DNA of 32,000 bases. Source: an uncultured bacterium. GTDB taxonomy: Bacteria > Patescibacteriota > Gracilibacteria > UBA1369 > PNNO01. How positions within the stretch are numbered: the stretch's first letter is position 1; every line of letters begins with the position of its first letter. Made by a program: the position numbers and the translations under genes. The notes under the pieces were generated by a model. That model made no database searches. It was not told the DNA's origin and saw only the letters and a program-made list of their open reading frames with translations. Positions 7,513 through 13,609 of the stretch are shown here, piece after piece. The stretch covers positions 1,200,001 to 1,232,000 of the forward strand of contig OY969931.1 of NCBI GenBank assembly GCA_963704705.1, in the 5' to 3' direction.

Positions 7513-7654
7513 GTACAACAGCTGACTATGCGGTGAGGGCTTTTTTTCGTGCGGCTAAAGCACGCATCAAAGCCCTCACCCAACTTTGACCGTGGTGAGC
7601 ACTTCGTGCTAATTTTACCACGGTCAAAGTTCGCATAGTCAGCGGACGTTGTAT
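7513..7654 (+). repeat. attC site 10 (142 bp)
   Basis: R'' is GTACAAC (7513-7519) and R' is GTTGTAT (7648-7654). A 12 bp perfect stem GCTGACTATGCG (7521-7532) pairs with CGCATAGTCAGC (7632-7643). Arms: GTGAGGGCTTT..AAAGCCCTCAC, and CTTTGACCGTGGT-GAGCACttcgGTGCT-AATTTT-ACCACGGTCAAAG. Confidence 0.9.
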
Positions 7655-7723
7655 TTAACCTTCTTGAGATTGACCTTTTTGTATTTTTATGTTATTGTTT
7701 AAATAGATATTTAAATTTAAATT

Positions 7724-8311
7724 ATGGCAGATTCATCAATTGATAAAGGATCACAAGGACAACCTCAGTCACCTGATCGTACTCCAAATTGGAATGATAT
7801 TGAACAATGGATTGCAGGTTTGTCTGGAGAACAAAAACAGAAAGTTAAAGATTTATTAGCAGAAACAGAAGTTAATAAACCTACTGAAAGCCCTATAGAC
7901 TTAGATAAACCTTCTACAGTTTATAGTAGAGTTCAAATTATTCTATCTGAGGCTGGATTTACTAATATTAGTTTTACAGAAACAGGTTTAACAGGTTATT
8001 ACGGTCCTGAAAACGATTTAAGTAGAAAGTGTATATTTAATATGAGTTTTCATAAAAATACAAAAATAACCAGTACTAATACCAATCTAGGTGTAATAAA
8101 CTGTTCATTTGTTGTTGCAAGAGCAGTACATGGTACTCATCGAAACTGGACTATATATTTTGATAATGAAAAAACTTTAAAAGAACAATTATCAACTTTA
8201 GCATCCGATCTTCGAGATACTGCCAAAAAAGATATTACATTTGAAGAAATTGAAGAAGATATTCATTCAAAAATATCAATGAAAAATGCTGAATTATTGG
8301 GACAAAATTAA
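7724..8311 (+). CDS. Hypothetical protein (cassette gene)
   Basis: 195 aa ORF with ATG 70 nt after attC10. No family recognised. Confidence 0.65.
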   Translation: MADSSIDKGSQGQPQSPDRTPNWNDIEQWIAGLSGEQKQKVKDLLAETEVNKPTESPIDLDKPSTVYSRVQIILSEAGFTNISFTETGLTGYYGPENDLSRKCIFNMSFHKNTKITSTNTNLGVINCSFVVARAVHGTHRNWTIYFDNEKTLKEQLSTLASDLRDTAKKDITFEEIEEDIHSKISMKNAELLGQN

Positions 8312-8318
8312 TAATTTC

Positions 8319-8463
8319 AAATACAACAACGCCTAACAGGTGTATGTTCGGCTACACTCGCTTTGCTCGTTTCGCCCATATTTGTTTTGTTTGTTTAGGT
8401 GGTGATAAAATTATACCGCCACGCTCACGGCGGCAAACATCGCACATACACCGGACGTTGGCC
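8319..8463 (+). repeat. attC site 11 (133 bp core plus an extra upstream R''-like box)
   Basis: The proximal R'' is GCCTAAC (8331-8337). The distal AAATACAAC (8319-8327) is the box complementary to this cassette's start. R' is GTTGGCC (8457-8463). Stem GGTGTATGT (8339-8347) pairs with ACATACACC (8444-8452). Confidence 0.85.
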
Positions 8464-8511
8464 GAAATATTTTGTGGTATAATATGTTTGATATTCTTTA
8501 AATTATAAACT

Positions 8512-8853
8512 ATGCCGTTTCTCTACTTCCCGATCATTCTACTGATCATCGAATTCCTTATTATCATGCCAATCCCGCTCTTTGTAGCAGGCAGGTTGAT
8601 GAAATTACCAATAAAATATACTGAAGCTTTATGGATTACTTTATTCGCTGGTATTATTGGATCACTTGCCTCAATGGCACATATCTTAGTGGGTTTAGCT
8701 GTGTTTTTAGGAATTCTTTATTATGAGTTGAATAATAAGTTTCATCCTAAACCAATAAAGATTATTTTAATAATTCTTATAGATCTTGCTGTAGTTATTG
8801 GAATAGAGTTTCTAAAACCTTATTTATTATATGGTGGACTCTCACTAATGTAG
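8512..8853 (+). CDS. Hypothetical polytopic membrane protein (last cassette)
   Basis: 113 aa, almost entirely hydrophobic segments. Confidence 0.6.
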   Translation: MPFLYFPIILLIIEFLIIMPIPLFVAGRLMKLPIKYTEALWITLFAGIIGSLASMAHILVGLAVFLGILYYELNNKFHPKPIKIILIILIDLAVVIGIEFLKPYLLYGGLSLM

Positions 8854-8865
8854 TTGAAATACTTC

Positions 8866-8920
8866 GGCCAACAGGCGTATATACTGTTCCGCTACTCTCC
8901 ATGTAAACTCTGTTTATTTA
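8866..8920 (+). repeat. attC site 12, degenerate terminal remnant
   Basis: R'' is GGCCAAC (8866-8872), followed by AGGCGTATATACTGTTCCGCTACTCTC..CATGTAAACTCTG, which aligns to attC4 and attC8. The middle is deleted, the 3' stem has decayed, and there is no GTT core. Confidence 0.5.
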
Positions 8921-8961
8921 TAAAAGGAGTATGATGTATTTAATTAACCTTACTGTAAACT

Positions 8962-9117
8962 ATGATAAAAGGAAATTTTATTGGTGCGGCAATCGTTGCA
9001 ATAATCTACACGGTCTATATTTTAATGAACCCCCTTCCAACAAAATGGCAAATGGTGTTGGTATTAGTGGTTCTTAATGCTTTGACTATCGTGTTGATGT
9101 CTTTTGCATTCAAATAA
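8962..9117 (+). CDS. Possible 51-aa two-TM mini-protein upstream of the CPBP gene
   Basis: Hand-translated: MIKGNFIGAAIVAIIYTVYILMNPLPTKWQMVLVLVVLNALTIVLMSFAFK*. It falls below the ORF-track length cutoff. Confidence 0.3.
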   Translation: MIKGNFIGAAIVAIIYTVYILMNPLPTKWQMVLVLVVLNALTIVLMSFAFK

Positions 9118-9200
9118 AAACACCAATAATCTACTTTAGTAAAAGCTCTTGAGAACTTATGATATTATATAAATGTCATAAATTTTGCTAAAGAATAAAT

Positions 9201-9971
9201 ATGGCCATAAAAAATTTTATTAACTGGAAATTATACTTCTTATTACTGGCGGCAAGCGTAATTTCAATTGTTGCGATTATGCCGTATGTACTAACCATTC
9301 AGGCAGATGCATTAAAAAACCTCCCGATTTCATTGCCTTTATTGGTATTAATTTCAGTTATTCAAAGCACCGTGCTATTTGCAATTTTTCTTTTAATTGG
9401 TTTAAAACTTGCAAAAACACTTGGATTGCGAATTCCCATTCTTGAAAGTTTTATTGCCAAAAAAAAGCCAGATGTAGATGTTAAATCGATTATTAAATTA
9501 TCTGTATTGCTCGGTATTTTGTCAGGGATAGCAATTGTTTTATTTGACTTTGTATTTTCAAAACTGGGTGTAAATTTGATGGAACAGGTACATGCTCCTG
9601 CATGGCAGGGATTTTTAGCTTCATTCTATGGCGGAATAAGTGAAGAAATTGTGATGAGATTATTTTTCATGGCTTTAATAATCTGGCTAATTAGCAAAAT
9701 ATTTAGATTAAAAGGCAAAGCGATTGAAAACAATTTACTAATGTGGACGGCAATTATTATTGCCGCGATTATATTCGGTCTTGGACATTTACCAATTACT
9801 GCAGCAATAACAACTATAACCCCAATGGTGTTCTTACGTGCCATTTTACTAAACGGAATCGGGGGCGTTGTGTTTGGATGGCTCTATTGGAAAAAAGGCC
9901 TGGAATCAGCCATGATTGCTCATTTCTCAGCAGATATAATATTACATGTATTGCTGCCGTTATTGTTTTAA
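9201..9971 (+). CDS. CPBP (CAAX protease / Abi) family intramembrane metalloprotease
   Basis: 256 aa polytopic protein. EE motif (GISEEIVMRLFF), FGLGHL and AHFSADI match the three CPBP signature motifs. Confidence 0.8.
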   Translation: MAIKNFINWKLYFLLLAASVISIVAIMPYVLTIQADALKNLPISLPLLVLISVIQSTVLFAIFLLIGLKLAKTLGLRIPILESFIAKKKPDVDVKSIIKLSVLLGILSGIAIVLFDFVFSKLGVNLMEQVHAPAWQGFLASFYGGISEEIVMRLFFMALIIWLISKIFRLKGKAIENNLLMWTAIIIAAIIFGLGHLPITAAITTITPMVFLRAILLNGIGGVVFGWLYWKKGLESAMIAHFSADIILHVLLPLLF

Positions 9972-10023
9972 AATAAACTCCATTCTACAAGGTCGCATAA
10001 TGTGGTCAAAACGGAGGGACCAA

Positions 10024-10173
10024 ATGGATATTCTGAATGGTAAAAAGGACTTGGGGTTGCTGGACTCGATCTGCGCGATGATGGAAAGCATCATGATGGG
10101 TCTGGCCAGCATTCCCCTGGGTATCATGCATGAGCTCGGCCTCATCAAGATCCCACTCAGATTCTGGATCTGA
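10024..10173 (+). CDS. Possible 49-aa ORF inside a GC-rich island
   Basis: ATG is preceded by GGAGGG 6 nt upstream. About three quarters of its third codon positions are G/C (hand count), unlike all neighbouring genes. It could instead be non-coding. Confidence 0.3.
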   Translation: MDILNGKKDLGLLDSICAMMESIMMGLASIPLGIMHELGLIKIPLRFWI

Positions 10174-10244
10174 CCCCTTCTCTCCCCTGCCTGCTGCTCC
10201 CTAATTCTTGGGGCGTGGCAGGCATCTATTCTAACTAGAGGGTA

Positions 10245-10272
10245 TTGACAAATTTAGCTGTTTATTTATAAT
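10245..10272 (+). promoter_or_regulatory. Sigma70-type promoter of the 10302-11922 operon
   Basis: TTGACA (10245-10250), 16 nt spacer, TATAAT (10267-10272). It lies 30 nt upstream of ATG 10302. Confidence 0.55.
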
Positions 10273-10301
10273 AGTAATCTTTAGACTATAATTACTTAAT
10301 T

Positions 10302-10595
10302 ATGAGTAGAAGATTAGAAGAATTTGCAGAATCTCGGGGGATTAGTCCGACTGATGCCGGAAGCCTGATTCTTGCAGCAGCGGCTGAAAATTATTTAACG
10401 GATTTGCCCGCAGATGAACTTAAGGAACTTGGTATTCATGAAGGCGATGATGCAGTAACCGTAATAGAAAAGATCAATCAAAAGCTTATGGTGATCACTG
10501 CAGAACTCGATACTTTAAGAACGAATCATGACCCAGATGAAGGAGCAGTACTTGTTAAAAAATACATGTTATTTGATATTTTAGAGTTGCTATGA
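10302..10595 (+). CDS. Hypothetical acidic protein
   Basis: 97 aa. Its stop overlaps the next start (ATGA). Confidence 0.6.
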   Translation: MSRRLEEFAESRGISPTDAGSLILAAAAENYLTDLPADELKELGIHEGDDAVTVIEKINQKLMVITAELDTLRTNHDPDEGAVLVKKYMLFDILELL

Positions 10596-10972
10596 ATGAA
10601 AATCCTCCAATAAATGAATTATCGAATCCGGATAGGAACAGTATTGATGCTTATGGTTTTACAGTAGATTATTTGAATGAATTACCATCCCGGGACTTTG
10701 AAGAAAATCCTGCAGTTTTCGCCATGTATATGGAATATTATAAAAGCGGCGAAGCTAAAACATATTCTGAAAAATATAAAGACAGACCGGAAATCATAGA
10801 AGCCAGTGATCCTCAAATAGTTGCAAAAATCGATTCAATAATGCTTCAAATTATTGAAGCTGCCAAAAGAGATAATGAAGAAAAAGTTAAAGAATTAATT
10901 AAAACCGCAACTTTTAAATTGGATTGTGTTATTGTATTCCAGTATGAATATTTTACTAACCTAATAATATGA
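10592..10972 (+). CDS. Hypothetical protein
   Basis: 126 aa. Translationally coupled on both sides through ATGA overlaps. Confidence 0.6.
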   Translation: MNENPPINELSNPDRNSIDAYGFTVDYLNELPSRDFEENPAVFAMYMEYYKSGEAKTYSEKYKDRPEIIEASDPQIVAKIDSIMLQIIEAAKRDNEEKVKELIKTATFKLDCVIVFQYEYFTNLII

Positions 10973-11922
10973 AAAAAATGATCGCTCTGGGTATTGCAAT
11001 TACCCTGACACTCGGACTTGGCGGATGTAACTGGTTTGCTCCTGCTGAAACCGAAACAACAACCGAACCTGAAACGAAAGTAATGGATGAAAAACCTGTA
11101 ACTTCAGAAATAGTCGATACAGAAGACTATATTTATGACAAGCAAACAGGCGAATTGCTAAATGCTAACACTGATGAAGTTCTTTATGAAAATCCGGATC
11201 ATCCTGACCTTGTTTTGTATGTTCTTGGATTGGATGGCGACAAGTTGATTCTATTTAAAACAGGCAGCGATAATTCTCCTGGTCCTGGTTTTGCATATGA
11301 AGTTTGGTTTAGTGAACCGGTTGCAGACAGCCTCTATTATCTTGATCTAAAAAATCCTGAAAAAGGTTTGATGACATATGTTGTTCCAGAAGCTAAAAAA
11401 GAACAGGAAAGAGTAAAACTTGAAAACTTTGTTAATCAATTTGATGAAGAAGGACCAGCTGAACCGCTTCTTTATTCAACTGATGGTGTTGATACAACAG
11501 TAACAAAAGATGAATCAACTTTTGACCTTAGTGCTGAACATTTTGAAGCAATGGCTGATGAATGCGGTACAACTTATGATGCTGACCACTTTGTTAATCT
11601 TGTTGATGATTACGCAAACACACCTAAATACACATATTCATTTAAATATAACGGTGAAAGCCAGGACCCTGACACCTTCACAGTAACTGTTCTTTTAAAC
11701 AGAATGGAATATGCTAATCTTGATGAAGTAAAAGCTGACTTTGATCAGTGTTTTGCAGGAGGAGATATGTATCCTATCGCTGTAACAAACTCTTTAATAC
11801 TATTTGAAAGTTCATGCGGCACAGGATTTGATGACGGCTCAGGAAATCCAAATGGATGCGCTGAAATTAAAGATGTGGTTGGACCAACACTTGAATTGAA
11901 TTCACAGTATGGTTCTTTATAG
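10969..11922 (+). CDS. Lipoprotein of unknown function
   Basis: 317 aa with signal peptide and lipobox LGLGGC|NWF, followed by a T/E-rich linker. Confidence 0.75.
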   Translation: MKKMIALGIAITLTLGLGGCNWFAPAETETTTEPETKVMDEKPVTSEIVDTEDYIYDKQTGELLNANTDEVLYENPDHPDLVLYVLGLDGDKLILFKTGSDNSPGPGFAYEVWFSEPVADSLYYLDLKNPEKGLMTYVVPEAKKEQERVKLENFVNQFDEEGPAEPLLYSTDGVDTTVTKDESTFDLSAEHFEAMADECGTTYDADHFVNLVDDYANTPKYTYSFKYNGESQDPDTFTVTVLLNRMEYANLDEVKADFDQCFAGGDMYPIAVTNSLILFESSCGTGFDDGSGNPNGCAEIKDVVGPTLELNSQYGSL

Positions 11923-11934
11923 AAAGAAATAGCT

Positions 11935-11970
11935 AAAGCCGGCGGATATATTTATTCGCTGGCTTTTTAT
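11935..11970 (+). terminator. Intrinsic terminator
   Basis: AAAGCCGGCG (11935-11944) pairs with CGCTGGCTTT (11957-11966) with one G.U pair, followed by TTATTT. Confidence 0.6.
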
Positions 11971-12028
11971 TTACTTGCAGCTAAAAACACACTTTGATAC
12001 ATTAAATATAATAAGTAACCCTTTAATA

Positions 12029-12148
12029 ATGTTAGAAGCAATTTTTAGTCCGGCAACCTGGGGATCACCTATTGGCCTTGGGATTTTTTTGATTTGCTTT
12101 GCACTTTTTGTTTATATATTAAGTCTTGCAAACAAGAATAAAAAATGA
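12029..12148 (+). CDS. Possible 39-aa single-TM mini-protein coupled to the second CPBP gene
   Basis: Hand-translated: MLEAIFSPATWGSPIGLGIFLICFALFVYILSLANKNKK*. Its TGA overlaps ATG 12145 (ATGA). Confidence 0.35.
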   Translation: MLEAIFSPATWGSPIGLGIFLICFALFVYILSLANKNKK

Positions 12149-12891
12149 TTAATAAATCTATTTCTCTAAAAATTTACTTTATTCTGATTTTAATTCTGGG
12201 AATTCTTGCTGCTGTAAGTATTTATATCCCCTATTCCACTATGCTTGAAACGGCTGAATTACCTGCATCAAAACCAGTAATAGCTGCGGTGAGTTTTCTA
12301 ATAATGTTGGTTTTGTATGGAGGGCTGGGATTAATCGGTCTTAAATTATCGAAGAAATTGGGCTTTCCTGATCTTTGGGATATTAACATCAATAATAAAC
12401 AAAGATTATTAAAACCTTTGATTTGGGGTGCTGTTATCGGAGTGATATTTATTATTTCGGATTTGGTTTTTAGCAATGTTTTTGGAATAGATAGGATTCC
12501 GCATCCTGCTTTTCCTTTTTCAATAATCGCTTCAATAAGCGCGGGAATTGGCGAAGAGCTGATGTTTAGATTGTTTTTTATTTCATTTTGGGTCTGGCTT
12601 ATTTCAAAAGTTATTCTAAGAGGAAGATGGCAAAATGGGATTTTCTGGATAATAGCTGTGATTTCGGGATTGCTATTTGCTGCCGGTCACATACCTTCTG
12701 TTCTGGTTTTATATGATTTTAAATATGTATCTGATATACCAGCAGCTTTAATGGCTGAAATATTTATATTAAATACCCTGCTTTCTCTGCCGGCAGCACA
12801 TTTTTTTAGAAAATACGGTATTTTGGCAGCTATGGGATTACACTTGTGGACCGATATAGTCTGGCATGTAATTTATGGATTTTTCTCATGA
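12145..12891 (+). CDS. CPBP (CAAX protease / Abi) family intramembrane metalloprotease, paralog 2
   Basis: 248 aa. GIGEELMFRLFF, FAAGHIP and GLHLWTD are CPBP motifs. Confidence 0.8.
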   Translation: MINKSISLKIYFILILILGILAAVSIYIPYSTMLETAELPASKPVIAAVSFLIMLVLYGGLGLIGLKLSKKLGFPDLWDININNKQRLLKPLIWGAVIGVIFIISDLVFSNVFGIDRIPHPAFPFSIIASISAGIGEELMFRLFFISFWVWLISKVILRGRWQNGIFWIIAVISGLLFAAGHIPSVLVLYDFKYVSDIPAALMAEIFILNTLLSLPAAHFFRKYGILAAMGLHLWTDIVWHVIYGFFS

Positions 12892-13340
12892 GATACAATC
12901 ACACACAAATCGGTTATTTAATGATCGTAATTACAATACTTATTGCAGGTTTATTCGGTTTTATATTAATACAGGCCGGTGTAATAATAGCTATGCTGCT
13001 GATTATGATATTTATTCTATTTATTTTAGTTTCTTTTTCGACATTAAATGTAAGTATTGATGAAGAAAATTTAAAAATAAGATTTGGCTATGGAATCTAC
13101 AAAAAATCATTTAAATTAAATGAAATAGCTTCATCAAAAATAGTGCGGAATCACTGGTATTTTGGATGGGGAATCAGATTCTGGTTTTGGCCTCCGACGT
13201 GGATCTATAATGTTTCAGGTTTTGATGCTGTTGAATTAAAGATGAAAGATGGCAGCAGATTCAGGATTGGGACTGATGAACCTGAAAAACTTGAAAATTC
13301 AATATTACAATCAATAAATTGGAAGGGGGTGGCGCAATGA
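12888..13340 (+). CDS. Membrane protein with a C-terminal soluble (PH-like?) domain
   Basis: 150 aa from ATG 12888, which forms an ATGA overlap with the CPBP stop. Two TM helices are followed by LNVSIDEENLKIRFGYG... Confidence 0.65.
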   Translation: MRYNHTQIGYLMIVITILIAGLFGFILIQAGVIIAMLLIMIFILFILVSFSTLNVSIDEENLKIRFGYGIYKKSFKLNEIASSKIVRNHWYFGWGIRFWFWPPTWIYNVSGFDAVELKMKDGSRFRIGTDEPEKLENSILQSINWKGVAQ

Positions 13341-13522
13341 AAAACAATGGAAAAGAATGGCTTTACGGAATAATTTCCGAAGTCTCATTATTTGCATTTT
13401 TATACTATGTTCAATACTTATTGAATGTAGACGGAAACCTATGGCTTAGCACTTTAATTCTATGGGCATTATTAAATATTGCAATTGTATTATGCCCGGT
13501 TGTAAGAAAATGCTATAAATAA
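13337..13522 (+). CDS. Small two-TM membrane protein
   Basis: 61 aa from ATG 13337, which forms an ATGA overlap with the preceding stop. Confidence 0.5.
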   Translation: MKNNGKEWLYGIISEVSLFAFLYYVQYLLNVDGNLWLSTLILWALLNIAIVLCPVVRKCYK

Positions 13523-13609
13523 TATATAGTATTCGCCCCGCTTAGCGGGGCTCATGCTACGCTCGCGATATGTTTTCGCTCGCGAGAGACTCGCTAAAGC
13601 TTCGTCTCT

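Larger units (their letters stand above)
1..8920 (+). mobile_element. Integron-type gene-cassette array, distal part (12 attC sites, 11 complete cassettes). Integrase and attI are not in the window and are expected to the left.
   Basis: Twelve related repeats share one orientation. Each starts ..YAAC-A-[9-12 nt stem] and ends [complementary stem]-SGRMC-GTTRRRY. They sit immediately 3' of ORFs at 0.4-1.4 kb spacing. Every cassette has complementary ends across the G|TT / AAC boundaries. Confidence 0.85.

Noticed and set aside
83-8463. The recurring 100-157 bp repeats as a CRISPR array
   Set aside because: The units are far longer than CRISPR repeats and only about 60-95% identical. The 'spacers' are 0.3-1.3 kb and contain genes with their own starts and stops. 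No cas genes are present.
83-8463. The repeats as a multicopy structured ncRNA, a tRNA-like element (GGTTCGGG resembles a T-arm) or a REP/MITE family
   Set aside because: Stems covary and some loops are UUCG-like, so an RNA was considered. However, mismatches give wobble pairs on either strand. There is no cloverleaf or conserved T-loop/anticodon geometry. The AAC...GTT core boxes plus cassette-specific end complementarity are explained only by attC recombination sites.
9985-10235. The GC-rich island as SRP RNA, tmRNA, RNase P RNA or 6S RNA
   Set aside because: I could not find the diagnostic motifs on either strand. There is no GGAA-tetraloop/AGCAGC domain IV geometry, no GAGGAAAGUCC, and no tRNA-like CCA end with a tag ORF. 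It is kept only as an unexplained anomaly.
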